From: a virus
Taxonomy: Duplodnaviria; Caudoviricetes
Virus record (IMG/VR): IMGVR_UViG_3300033067_001157
Coordinates: 1-33,511 of that record
Reading direction: 5' to 3' (one strand)
DNA length: 33,511 nucleotides
Under the pieces are notes generated by a model, which saw nothing but the letters and a program-made list of their open reading frames with translations, was not told the DNA's origin and ran no database searches. Below are positions 7,772 to 16,816 of this stretch, piece after piece. How positions within the stretch are numbered: the stretch's first letter is position 1; each line of letters starts with the position of its first letter. The position numbers were made by a program, and so were the translations under genes.

Positions 7772-8221
7772 TCACGGACAGGCCTGCAAATAATACGACC
7801 GCCCGGTGATGTGCTGATATTGGTCTAAGGTGCCCTGCAGCTGGTCGGAATATGCGCGCACCAGATCCGGGTTGCCCGCCTTGACCGCAGAGCATTTCTT
7901 AAATTGCAGATCGAATATCTGGCCGCCGATAACAACGCCCATAATGTCGTTCGACCGCTGGTCCAGCCGGCTGGCAAGTTCGGTTTGTGCTTTGCGCATC
8001 GGTTCCAGATCTGCCGCCTTGGCGTAATCTAGACCAGACGTTCCCAAAACCGTTACAAACCCAAAAGCCCAAGCAAGGTGCATTGTGATCCCCACAGTCG
8101 CATATGACGCCAGCATGGCAATAATTACCCGCCAGCCATAAAACCGGCCACTCTCAAATTCCTCGCGCCGCGGCCATGCAGCAGTCGCCACACCCTTGGC
8201 CGCTTTTATCATCTCATCCAC
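7772..8221 (-). CDS. Membrane protein of the lysis region (holin/antiholin-like; TM region plus Cys-containing soluble domain)
   Basis: Hydrophobic VIIAMLASYATVGITMHLAWAFGFVTVLG followed by a helical domain with two Cys; start uncertain (GTG 8221 or a nearby ATG). Confidence 0.6.
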   Translation of the reverse strand: MDEMIKAAKGVATAAWPRREEFESGRFYGWRVIIAMLASYATVGITMHLAWAFGFVTVLGTSGLDYAKAADLEPMRKAQTELASRLDQRSNDIMGVVIGGQIFDLQFKKCSAVKAGNPDLVRAYSDQLQGTLDQYQHITGRSYYLQACP

Positions 8222-8438
8222 TGGCCTGCGCCCCCCAATTGCACAGCGCCTTGCCGACGGCATTGTGTTCCTTGGCCTGCACTATCGTATCTGCGCTGTC
8301 TGCCTTGCTCCAATAGATCGGCTTGGCCACGTCGCAGAACGACGCATGCCCAGCCTCAGTCGCGGCGGAACCCGTCATCGGTGTCGCGCACCCGGTCAGG
8401 ATGCCGCACAGCATCATCACGCACAGCGGCCCGCGCAT
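8214..8438 (-). CDS. Outer-membrane spanin (Rz1-like) lipoprotein
   Basis: Signal peptide with lipobox LTG-C; FCDVAKPIYWS.AD...T......HNA....LC; 5' end overlaps the i-spanin gene. Confidence 0.75.
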   Translation of the reverse strand: MRGPLCVMMLCGILTGCATPMTGSAATEAGHASFCDVAKPIYWSKADSADTIVQAKEHNAVGKALCNWGAQASG

Positions 8439-8589
8439 CCTTTGCCCTCTTGATCTCATCCAATGCCCCCTGCAGGTGCTTGCTAAGAGCCACCGCCGTG
8501 GCCGTGTCGAGAGCCTTCTGGCTTTCGAGATAGTTCACCACGGCCACAATGGCAGAGATGACGCCCGAAATGAGCGCCAGCCACGTCAC
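8356..8589 (-). CDS. Inner-membrane spanin (Rz-like)
   Basis: N-terminal TM helix, helical periplasmic part ending DDGFRRD; lies between the holin and the lipoprotein. Confidence 0.65.
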   Translation of the reverse strand: MTWLALISGVISAIVAVVNYLESQKALDTATAVALSKHLQGALDEIKRAKDARAAVRDDAVRHPDRVRDTDDGFRRD

Positions 8590-8819
8590 TGGACCTTCGC
8601 TGCCGAGGAAGGCGTGACAGTGGTGGTGCCAAATGTCTTTAGTGCCCAGGTGATGACGGCCACGATGCCCTGGATGCCGGCGACAATCTCGATCTGCGTG
8701 GGCGCATCAAGATCAAACCCGAACACTGCGGCAATGCTGGCCAGTACGCCAATGGCCTGGGTCCAGTTGATTTTTGAAAGCCATGCTGACTTAACGTCCA
8801 CCACCACTGTATCTGCCAT
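8586..8819 (-). CDS. Holin (2 TM)
   Basis: GAGGAG RBS; KSAWLSKINW followed by two hydrophobic helices; first gene of the lysis cassette. Confidence 0.7.
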   Translation of the reverse strand: MADTVVVDVKSAWLSKINWTQAIGVLASIAAVFGFDLDAPTQIEIVAGIQGIVAVITWALKTFGTTTVTPSSAAKVQ

Positions 8820-8860
8820 GTCACTCTCCTCTCATTGCCGGTGCCGCCGGTACGGTTAAA

Positions 8861-10372
8861 TTACGGAACAACCGTCACAACATTGACGTTGCTCCACAGT
8901 GCCCCGGTGGGAAGGCCGGCGGCAGACGTGGGGAGCCCCGGCAAATACACGTTGATGGCCTGCAGCTTCGCGGTGGAATTGCTGTTCCCATCCACCAGAT
9001 AGGTCGTTGCATCCGATCCGTTCAGGCCAAGAGATGTAATGTTTCCGGTTCCGGCGCCCAAGCGGATGGCAACGCCAGTTGCTGTCGTCAGCAAATAGGT
9101 CGCCGCCTTTGTCACCTGCCGGAACGAATTGTCTCCGATAAACAGCTCGTTATGGTCAGCGCCAGGCGTGACGATGCCGTTCACACCACCGACCGGGACG
9201 GAATTCGTCCAAACGTCCATGATCGCGTTCCCGGAAATCGTCGCCCCATAATTGTTCTGGGTCAGATAGATGCCGTTGGGTGACGGCTCCTTGATCACAT
9301 TTCCGCTGATTGTCATGCCGATGGTGTTATAGGCAAGCACAGCGCCATCATTCGCGCTTGTTGCCGTCCCATATGCCTGGACGATATTTCCAATGATGGT
9401 TCCGGTCGCAAACTCCGTTGCAGAGCCGGTGAGGCTAATGCCGTTGCCCATGCTGCCATCCGACACAGTGCTGTCGAGCACATTGCCGACGATGGAAATT
9501 CCCAGAGGCGCATAAACGTAATTGATGCCACCGCTATCCTTAGATGACCCTGCGGTGATGCCGTAATATGTATTGGCGATGATATTGTTGGCGATGGTGA
9601 TGTAAGCGCCCGCATGGGTATCAATCGCAACCCATGTCGTAATATTTTTGATCCTGTTGTTGGTGACGGTAATCTTCACAGACCGCGGCTGCGACGTGAG
9701 ATTTCCCGCATCGCTACTCGCTCTGCTCATCAGAATGCCATAGGCATTGCTGCCGCTCACGCCAGCGCCACTGATGGATGAGATGGAGTTGCCAGAAATA
9801 TCGCCATCTAGGCCGGACAGAACAGCGATTCCAGCATACGGGAGCGTGGAGATCGTGTTGTTGATAATCTTGAAACCGTTGATGTAATCGGCTTCGATAC
9901 CAGCAGCGCCCCACCCGGAAATGGTCAGGTTTTTGGCCGTGAAATTCGTGATGTATGTCGGCGCAATGCCGGCGCTGAATGTGCCATGAGCATAAATCGC
10001 GTTTTCCGCGCTGTGATAGGTCGCAGACTGAGCGCCGTTGATGGTAATCCCGTCAAACGTCACGTTGCTTGCGGTCACGACGAACCCAGCGACATTCTGG
10101 GTCGCCTGCGTGACGGTCCCGGCGCCATAGATGGTCAGAGCCTTGGAAATGGTCAGCGCATCTGTGATCTTGAAATAACTGGACGTCTTCGGAAAGAGAA
10201 TGCCGGTGCCTGCCGCCGCGGCATTGATCACCGCCTGGATAGCAGCCGTGTCGTCGGTTGACCCATCACCAACCGCACCACCCCACGTCACATCGACGTA
10301 GGCGGTCTTCGGATTCGGCGCGGATAGCGGCGTGGAAGTCGGGGCCGCCACGCTGAATGGGTTATAGGACAT
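8861..10372 (-). CDS. Tailspike / receptor-binding protein with right-handed beta-helix (pectate-lyase-3-like)
   Basis: GAVGDGSTDDTAAIQAVINAA cap motif; repeated I.GN.I / I.NN.I beta-helix rungs; C-terminal LPTSAAGLPTGALW motif. Confidence 0.88.
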   Translation of the reverse strand: MSYNPFSVAAPTSTPLSAPNPKTAYVDVTWGGAVGDGSTDDTAAIQAVINAAAAGTGILFPKTSSYFKITDALTISKALTIYGAGTVTQATQNVAGFVVTASNVTFDGITINGAQSATYHSAENAIYAHGTFSAGIAPTYITNFTAKNLTISGWGAAGIEADYINGFKIINNTISTLPYAGIAVLSGLDGDISGNSISSISGAGVSGSNAYGILMSRASSDAGNLTSQPRSVKITVTNNRIKNITTWVAIDTHAGAYITIANNIIANTYYGITAGSSKDSGGINYVYAPLGISIVGNVLDSTVSDGSMGNGISLTGSATEFATGTIIGNIVQAYGTATSANDGAVLAYNTIGMTISGNVIKEPSPNGIYLTQNNYGATISGNAIMDVWTNSVPVGGVNGIVTPGADHNELFIGDNSFRQVTKAATYLLTTATGVAIRLGAGTGNITSLGLNGSDATTYLVDGNSNSTAKLQAINVYLPGLPTSAAGLPTGALWSNVNVVTVVP

Positions 10373-10400
10373 AGGTACGCCTCATTTATTCCAGACGCTA

Positions 10401-10946
10401 TTAAAGACCCAGATAGCTGATCGTCATGGTTGTGTATGGGAAGGACCCGCCCACCACCGCATCTGATCCACCTGTGCCAGTTACAGAGGTGTCTATTTCT
10501 ACAGTGTCGGTGGTCCCGTTCATGGAAAGGATGCGGCACCCCGACGCCATTTGTGACAATTGACCGCTCGCCGCAGAGAAAGGACCTACTTGAAGTCTCG
10601 TTGCAGGAGACTGGACCAGCCCGTTCTTTGAGATATAGACCTGCACGTTTGCAATAAGGGTGACAACGCTTGCCTGCAAAGTGGTGCACACTAAATAAGA
10701 ACCAGATCGCTTCGGCGTATATCTCCCACTGCCCGTCGCATAACCAGACTGTGTGTCGATTTCCACCGTGTCGAATTTAACGACGGTATTGGTAGCATCC
10801 GTAACACTCATGTTCGAGGCGAGGGAAACCTGCAGTACAGAAGCAACCTGTGGGACGGCACCAGGGCCAACTGGCAATGCCACCTGCGCCGCACCAGGCA
10901 GAGACAGCGCAAACAGGACGGCAAAAGTGCGGAGGATCGTTTTCAT
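10401..10946 (-). CDS. Signal-peptide protein with C1q/TNF-like domain
   Basis: MKTILRTFAVLFALSLPGAAQ resembles a Sec signal; VKFDTVEIDTQSGYATGSGRYTPKRSGSYLV matches the C1q pattern F.....D....Y...tG.FT....G.Y. Confidence 0.75.
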   Translation of the reverse strand: MKTILRTFAVLFALSLPGAAQVALPVGPGAVPQVASVLQVSLASNMSVTDATNTVVKFDTVEIDTQSGYATGSGRYTPKRSGSYLVCTTLQASVVTLIANVQVYISKNGLVQSPATRLQVGPFSAASGQLSQMASGCRILSMNGTTDTVEIDTSVTGTGGSDAVVGGSFPYTTMTISYLGL

Positions 10947-10947
10947 G

Positions 10948-11529
10948 TCAGTTCAGCCCATAGCCGGAGAACGGATGCGCGCTGTCTGACGAGATGACGG
11001 ACACCGCAGTGGATGCGGGGGCCACTGTGTAGGATTGACCCGGCAGGATGCAGGTCGTATCGCCGGACGACGTGGTGCCGGTCGCCGTCCCGATCTCATT
11101 GATGCACAGATTGATCGTGGCGCTGGGCGGGTTCTGGATAAAGCCGCCAGCCGTGCGGCCGCCAGCCGAGATGGCGTTGACCGCCGTGCCGCCGGTGGTC
11201 ACGGTCTTGATCGCAAGCGTGACGATGGTGCGCGCGCCGGGCGAGGCGGCGACGGGGAACGGATTGGACACTGACGTGATGGCCGAGCCATCTGCGCCCT
11301 TCACGCCCACGGGATTCGTGATGGTGGTGATTGTCCCACCGCTGATCGCGTTGGCCGAACATTGCTGCCCGCTGGTGTTCTGCAGGATCGGCTTTTGCTG
11401 CCCCGCGGTATAGGTCACTGGCGGGGTGCCGCATGTGGTGACCACCGTCGCAAGGACTGGCGCCGTCTGGGCCTGCGCGGCGGCCGGAATTACCAGCGCC
11501 GCAGCGAGCAGGAAGTGGATCAGTTTCAT
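10948..11529 (-). CDS. Signal-peptide, Thr/Gly-rich beta-sandwich protein
   Basis: GAGGT RBS before ATG 11529; MKLIHFLLAAALVIPAAAQA-Q has an AQA SPase I site; four Cys; C-terminal R..GFIQN....LCI...ILPGQSY...AVSVI beta domain. Confidence 0.75.
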   Translation of the reverse strand: MKLIHFLLAAALVIPAAAQAQTAPVLATVVTTCGTPPVTYTAGQQKPILQNTSGQQCSANAISGGTITTITNPVGVKGADGSAITSVSNPFPVAASPGARTIVTLAIKTVTTGGTAVNAISAGGRTAGGFIQNPPSATINLCINEIGTATGTTSSGDTTCILPGQSYTVAPASTAVSVISSDSAHPFSGYGLN

Positions 11530-11537
11530 TTTGGACC

Positions 11538-12092
11538 TCATATTACGATGTAGGAAGTGCCGTTGGATTGAAACGTGACGCTCTGGTTTTGCGCCGGGAT
11601 GGAATAGTTGGTCGCGCCGTCAATCGTGCCTGCGACCGTCACCGTTCCGGTATTGATATTCTTTACCGTGAATTGAGACCCGGTGACAGTAGCCGCCGCG
11701 GGAAGGGTCTGCGTCGTGGCCAGTGCGGAATTGACCTCCACCGTCCCGTCGTTGGCCGTGACATTGCCGCTGACGGTCACGATCCGAATGCTTGTGCTGA
11801 CGGGGCCGCCGCCGCCCCCGGCGCCATAAACGGGATCGGCGGACCAAATCTGCACATCGTTGGCGTCCTTCAGCACGACCTTGTAGGTCAAGCCCTGAAG
11901 GAAGATTGCCGGCCACCAGCCGTCCGCATTGGCCACAACCGGATTGGCGTTCGGGGTGGTCAGGGTGCTGTCGGAATAGGTGGCCTGCGGCGTCGATGTG
12001 CCGGTGGCGTAGAAATACAGCTTGCCGCCAGCCAACGGAGCGCCGTCGCCATCCATCCACTCGGCATAGGGAATTGGAAATCTCAGCGCCAT
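11538..12092 (-). CDS. Short tail-fiber anchor with P22-type head-binding domain
   Basis: G.PLAGGKLYFYATGTSTPQATYSD...NANPVVANADG...YKVVLKDANDVQIWSAD N-terminal domain, GAGGGGG linker, small beta C-terminal domain. Confidence 0.8.
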   Translation of the reverse strand: MALRFPIPYAEWMDGDGAPLAGGKLYFYATGTSTPQATYSDSTLTTPNANPVVANADGWWPAIFLQGLTYKVVLKDANDVQIWSADPVYGAGGGGGPVSTSIRIVTVSGNVTANDGTVEVNSALATTQTLPAAATVTGSQFTVKNINTGTVTVAGTIDGATNYSIPAQNQSVTFQSNGTSYIVI

Positions 12093-12130
12093 TGGTTAAT
12101 CTGCTCTCATGAAGCACGACACCATTCGGC

Positions 12131-12175
12131 TTATAGCACAAATGGCCGCCTTGGGTTTTGCCGGAATATTCTGGC
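12131..12175 (-). promoter_or_regulatory. Putative internal promoter (extended -10) and upstream dyad ahead of the receptor-binding module
   Basis: Minus strand TGTGCTATAA (12140-12131) and imperfect palindrome GCCAGAATATTCCGGC (12175-12160) in an 86-nt gap. Confidence 0.4.
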
Positions 12176-12178
12176 GGT

Positions 12179-14308
12179 TCATGGCGTCGCTTCCTTTCCG
12201 CCTTGGTCGCCTGTGGGCGCGAACATCCCAATTATGGTCGAAGTAGCCGCCAAGGCCGCCTTGCTGTTTGGCTTGGCCACCCGCAGCGTCCGAAGGGCCT
12301 GCTGACCCTGTGGCGTGGTGATCAGCTTGGCCAGGCGCGGAATCGCCAGGCCGGTAGCCCCGCCACCCACCGCCCCAGCCATGGCCCCCTCTTTCATGTC
12401 CCCCCCGCTGACCCCAGCGATAGCCGCCCCGGTGGCCCCGCCGGCCAGGGTCCGCCCAGCCCGGTTGGAAAACAGGTTCATGGCCATTGTCAGGGGGGCT
12501 GTGGGGCTTCCGTCGGTCCCGGCCCTGTAGGATACCCGTTCCAGGTCCCTGACCGCCTGCTCCATCCCCTGGCGCTCTGTGGGGCTGAAGGTTTTCCAGA
12601 CATTGGACTTGCGGATTGCCGTCAGGAACTTGGCCGGGGAAAAGGCGTCCTGCCCGGAAATCTGGGCCACGGGGGCACCCGAATGGGGGTTGTGGCCGGC
12701 TGCGCTGAGGGCGTCCTCGACCAGATACCGCTTGACCACCTGGGCGGTCGTCGGATCGGCCTTGTTCAAGATGCCCATGCTCTGGATCAATTCGCTGGGC
12801 TTCATGTTTTTCATGGCCTGGGCGACCCGCTCCGGGGCCTTGGCATAGTCGCCCCCGAAGAGGCGCCCCATGACAGATTCCTCGAGGCTGTTGATGGCCT
12901 GGCTATTCGATTTGTAATTGTCGCGGGCCGTCTTCAGGGCTTTGGCGATCTCGCCCACATGGCCACCGCTATCGGCCGCAGCATCAACATCGTCCATGAG
13001 GGCACGCTGGATTTTCCCGGCGATCATGCGTTGCTGGGCGTTTTCCATGTCAGCAAATACCTTGCCCGTGCCGCGGGCGGCATCGCCGTATATTTGCAGG
13101 AGCCGCTGCGTTTCCTTGGCAGACAGTCCAGCAGGGCCCGCACGGTCTAAGTCGGCCTTGATGCGTTGGACTTGTTTCAAGTATCCAGCCACAGCATCCC
13201 CGCCGCCCGGCGCACTGAAATCCTTGGCGATATCATCAAGGGTGGAATTGAGATTGTTGGGCTTCACCACCCGATAGCGGCCGGCCAGTTCATCCACCCT
13301 GCCAAAATCGGCCTTGGCCGTCGCCCGGCGCACCGTGGCGGCCGTGTTCACCACCTTGTCGAATGCCTTGGAGACAAGGTTGCCGGTCGCCTCCGGGCCC
13401 GCCGGGTTGGCGTGCAGCCGGTCCAGATTGGTGATCAGGTTATTCAGGGAAACGTCCAACTGCTTCTCGTCAAACCGCTGCATGGTGTCCGCGCTGACGG
13501 GGTGGCGCCGAACAAGGCCCTCGATGGTGAGCAGGGCCTTGGATCCGGTCGCCTGGCCGGGCGTATAGGTCTGGCCAATGTCTTGGGCCAGCTGCGCGCT
13601 GTCGCCAGCCATTTTGGAGTTCGAGAACTGCTTGTTCACGAAGTCGGCCGCCATGTTGGACGGCCTGATCTTGTTGTAAATCTTGGTGCCGCCGGCCATG
13701 ACGCCACCGGTGGCACCACCGATCGCCGCGCCCTCCGCGCCGCTTTCGAGGCGGTTTTCGATCCCGCCCTCGCCCTGGCCGAAGCCATAGATGCCGCCCA
13801 GCGCCGCGCCTTGGGTAATGAGGCCGATCGCGCCCTTGGCGCCCTTCAGCAGTTTGCCGGGGCCCGCCAGTGTGCCGGCGACGTTGCCGACAATATCCGC
13901 CACGGGGTGCGCCTCGGCATCAGCCTTGAAGCGTTCACGCTGGGAGACAAGATTTTCGTCATACCGCTCGCCAATGGTCTTGGCGTCGGAGCCGCCGTGC
14001 AGAAGGGGCTGGGCCACGGCATCGACGCCGGCCAGTGCCTCGTCGGCAAAATTGCCCATCGCGCCCTGAAGCACAGCGCGGGCCGCGGTGTCGATCACGC
14101 CATCCTTGGGCTTGGGCGGCGAAACTGTCACCGCAGCAGGATAACGGCGGCTGTCGCCAACAGGGAAATAGGTGTCCTCCGCAGGGCCAGCAGGAGCGGC
14201 AGGCGTGGCGGCGGCACCGGCTTTTGAAAGGCGAGCAGCCAGCTGCGCTTTCGTCACGCCGTCGGGGACGTTCTTCACAATCGTTCCGTCGGGCATCCTC
14301 ACGTCCAC
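12179..14308 (-). CDS. Large DNA ejection / internal virion protein (P22 gp16-like position)
   Basis: 709 aa, Ala/Gly-rich, GA..GG.. glycine-zipper segments, N-terminal DV.MPDGT...VPDG.T motif; third of three consecutive internal proteins. Confidence 0.75.
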   Translation of the reverse strand: MDVRMPDGTIVKNVPDGVTKAQLAARLSKAGAAATPAAPAGPAEDTYFPVGDSRRYPAAVTVSPPKPKDGVIDTAARAVLQGAMGNFADEALAGVDAVAQPLLHGGSDAKTIGERYDENLVSQRERFKADAEAHPVADIVGNVAGTLAGPGKLLKGAKGAIGLITQGAALGGIYGFGQGEGGIENRLESGAEGAAIGGATGGVMAGGTKIYNKIRPSNMAADFVNKQFSNSKMAGDSAQLAQDIGQTYTPGQATGSKALLTIEGLVRRHPVSADTMQRFDEKQLDVSLNNLITNLDRLHANPAGPEATGNLVSKAFDKVVNTAATVRRATAKADFGRVDELAGRYRVVKPNNLNSTLDDIAKDFSAPGGGDAVAGYLKQVQRIKADLDRAGPAGLSAKETQRLLQIYGDAARGTGKVFADMENAQQRMIAGKIQRALMDDVDAAADSGGHVGEIAKALKTARDNYKSNSQAINSLEESVMGRLFGGDYAKAPERVAQAMKNMKPSELIQSMGILNKADPTTAQVVKRYLVEDALSAAGHNPHSGAPVAQISGQDAFSPAKFLTAIRKSNVWKTFSPTERQGMEQAVRDLERVSYRAGTDGSPTAPLTMAMNLFSNRAGRTLAGGATGAAIAGVSGGDMKEGAMAGAVGGGATGLAIPRLAKLITTPQGQQALRTLRVAKPNSKAALAATSTIIGMFAPTGDQGGKEATP

Positions 14309-14311
14309 GGC

Positions 14312-15520
14312 TCAATGCTCCGGGAGATCGTTGAAATCTACCACGCCGGTGTTCACCGACTTACCACCCGAAGACCCGGGCTTGCCATTGGACGGGGGGC
14401 TCATATAGCCCGCCTCCGGCGAGAAGAACGCCTGCGTTTCCTCGTTGTTGGACTCGTACTGCTTCCGCAGGTTCCTGAGTTTTTTGATAGCAGTTTCCGC
14501 GTTGTCGTGCACGCTCGGCACAAATGGGGTCAGGCGCGGGGCTTCGCTGATCGTGACCGCAGCACCAGACCGGTCGTGAAGCTGCTGGCTGCCAACGTCT
14601 GCGACCATGGCGCGGGTTTCCACACCCTTCGGGTCAATTCGCTGGGTGATGGTGTCGCCAGCATAGGTCTTGAGGCCCACCGCGTCGGGATTGGCCTCAA
14701 GCGCCGCAATGGCCCGGTCGATCTTGCTGATGGCCGTGTTGTTGTTCTGAATGCCGGCCAGGGCAGACGACGGGATGGGGCGAACAGAGGTATTGCCGGC
14801 GACTTTTTCAATCTTTCCTTTGTTGTTGATCTGATAGGTGGCCTGGGATGGAAGGTTTGCGTCCTTCTTTTCCTGGTCGGTCATATTGCGCCAGCCGCCG
14901 CCATCGCGCTCGCGAGCGTCGGTCATGTTCTGGCCACGAATGGTCGCCCCCACGGTATCGCGGTGATATCTGGCGGTCTCTGCCAATTCGTCGGCCTTCA
15001 ACTTGTTGGCGATCTGATCCTTTACGGACAGCGCCTGCATCATCATACTTTTGACCGCGCCCTCGTTGTACTGGGGCGATATCGTGCTGGTGTCGATCCC
15101 GTTGTCCTTGGCGGTCTGCAGGGCGCGCGTGTAAAGCAGCGGGCGCACTTCAGGCGGCGCGGACAGGATGCCGGAGGCCAGATCACCGATGAACGAAACC
15201 TTCTTGTGCGCCAGTTCCAGCTGGTTGCCCTGCGAGGCAACGGCCTTGTCTCGGAAGCCAATGGCCGCTTCGGGGTCAATTGCAGCCAGCGCGTTCACGT
15301 CCTCCGCAGCGCCCGTCGCCAAGCCCTGGCCGTGCTGCTGGTAAAATCCCTGCAAAGCATTCTGCCGCGCATCGTCGCGCTGCGCCTTCTGCAGGGCATA
15401 GGTCTTGAGCATGTTGCCCAGCTTGGCGGTCTGGATTTCAGCCGCACCGGCCTGGCCACGCTGGAACGATCCGGCAATGTCGGGCGTTTGAACTTGTAGG
15501 GCCAGCAGCGGATTATCCAT
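14312..15520 (-). CDS. DNA ejection / internal virion protein (P22 gp20-like position)
   Basis: Gln/Ala-rich helical protein; TAATG overlap with the upstream gene; position between the gp7-like and gp16-like genes. Confidence 0.72.
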   Translation of the reverse strand: MDNPLLALQVQTPDIAGSFQRGQAGAAEIQTAKLGNMLKTYALQKAQRDDARQNALQGFYQQHGQGLATGAAEDVNALAAIDPEAAIGFRDKAVASQGNQLELAHKKVSFIGDLASGILSAPPEVRPLLYTRALQTAKDNGIDTSTISPQYNEGAVKSMMMQALSVKDQIANKLKADELAETARYHRDTVGATIRGQNMTDARERDGGGWRNMTDQEKKDANLPSQATYQINNKGKIEKVAGNTSVRPIPSSALAGIQNNNTAISKIDRAIAALEANPDAVGLKTYAGDTITQRIDPKGVETRAMVADVGSQQLHDRSGAAVTISEAPRLTPFVPSVHDNAETAIKKLRNLRKQYESNNEETQAFFSPEAGYMSPPSNGKPGSSGGKSVNTGVVDFNDLPEH

Positions 15521-16344
15521 TACCACTCACCATTCCCGTCGCCTTTATAGGACGACCCACCGAACAACTGACTGAGCCAGTTCGACCCGCCGCCCGAACT
15601 TCCACCGCCGGAATAATTGCCAGCAATACCCGCCAGATTGTTGGCCGCCCCACTCCATGCGTTTGCCGATCCGACATAGCCAGAGGCCCGTGCTGCAGCA
15701 GCGTTCTGGGCAAGATTTCCGGCGTTGACCGAATAATTTCCGATGGCGTTGGAGTTTGCGTTTCCAACGTCGGCCAGCGTGTTTGTGAGATTCGTCCCGA
15801 GCGACGCCGATTGCCCCGTGGCCGTCTGGCCAACCGATGCCACCTTTCCGAGGCGGTCCAGCCAGTTGCCATACTGCTGGTCCGCTACGCCCTGGCCGTA
15901 GGTGTTCAGCGCCTTCATCTTGGCGCCCGACCGCGACATGCCGGGGAATCGGGCGTCGACGGCCTTCATTCCCTCGGCCTTGGCGAATTCATACCCCGGG
16001 TCCGTCTGAAACCGCGGGTTGCCAGTGTTTGTGGTCTCGAAGCCCGCCGGCCGCGCGATGCCCAGCGTATCCGACAGCGCCAGCAGCGCATTCGTCCCAA
16101 TATTGCGATACGGCGAAAGATCGTTGCGCGAGGTGTTGTAGACGTTGAGGGCGTCTCCCCGGGTGGTGTCGAACTGCGCCTGCTGCTGTTTCAGGCCCTC
16201 GCGCTGGACCTGTGCGGCATCTGCAGCACCTTGCGCTTGTGCATTGGCGGCGTCTTTGGCGGCACCGGCGCCCATGACGCCAGAGGCAATGGACCCGGCA
16301 GCGCCAACGGCAGCGACCGCGGTGGGGAATGTAATGCTAGGCAT
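15520..16344 (-). CDS. DNA ejection / transfer protein (P22 gp7-like)
   Basis: Hydrophobic Gly/Ala N-terminus, LSPYRNIG..AL, DPGYEF...EG......SGA.MKAL..YGQG.A.Q.Y..W..RL pattern; alternative start at 16353. Confidence 0.82.
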   Translation of the reverse strand: MPSITFPTAVAAVGAAGSIASGVMGAGAAKDAANAQAQGAADAAQVQREGLKQQQAQFDTTRGDALNVYNTSRNDLSPYRNIGTNALLALSDTLGIARPAGFETTNTGNPRFQTDPGYEFAKAEGMKAVDARFPGMSRSGAKMKALNTYGQGVADQQYGNWLDRLGKVASVGQTATGQSASLGTNLTNTLADVGNANSNAIGNYSVNAGNLAQNAAAARASGYVGSANAWSGAANNLAGIAGNYSGGGSSGGGSNWLSQLFGGSSYKGDGNGEW

Positions 16345-16816
16345 TGGCACCATCTCCGATCCACATCACATAGGTGTGCTGGATTTCCTTGGCGCCCTGC
16401 TTCTGGAAGAACCGCCCCAGATGCGCGCCGCGGCCCTGCACGCGATGGTGCGGGAAAATGCACTGGACGCCCAGCGCCTTCAGTTCCTTCACCGACCGCT
16501 TGAAGAGCGCGAAGGCCGCCTTGGGATAGCCTGGCTCCACATACCACGCGCCCTGCTGGGCAATCAGAAGGCCGGCGCTTTCAACGTCTGGCGTGATCTG
16601 CCAGGTGAAATACCCGATAATCTTGCCAGCCTCGCGCGCCACGATGATCTTCAGCGCCCCGGCGTTACACATCATTTCCATGAGGCGGGTGTCGATCTTG
16701 AACTTGCGGCGCGGCTCAACCCCGCCATCCACTTCCTCGAAATGCTTGGTGCCGAGCGTGTTAACTTCTGGCCAGATGGACGCCCAAGGCTCCATCGCTA
16801 GTGTAAAACAGGGCAT
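16337..16816 (-). CDS. GNAT-fold acetyltransferase-like protein
   Basis: GGAGG RBS; IVAREAGKIIGYF...WYVEPGY...LFK...ELKALGV...LGRFFQKQG GNAT topology; motif A looks degenerate. Confidence 0.75.
   Translation of the reverse strand: MPCFTLAMEPWASIWPEVNTLGTKHFEEVDGGVEPRRKFKIDTRLMEMMCNAGALKIIVAREAGKIIGYFTWQITPDVESAGLLIAQQGAWYVEPGYPKAAFALFKRSVKELKALGVQCIFPHHRVQGRGAHLGRFFQKQGAKEIQHTYVMWIGDGANA

Noticed and set aside
8861-12092. Diversity-generating retroelement acting on the tail genes
   Set aside because: No reverse transcriptase ORF and no template/variable repeat pair seen in the window.
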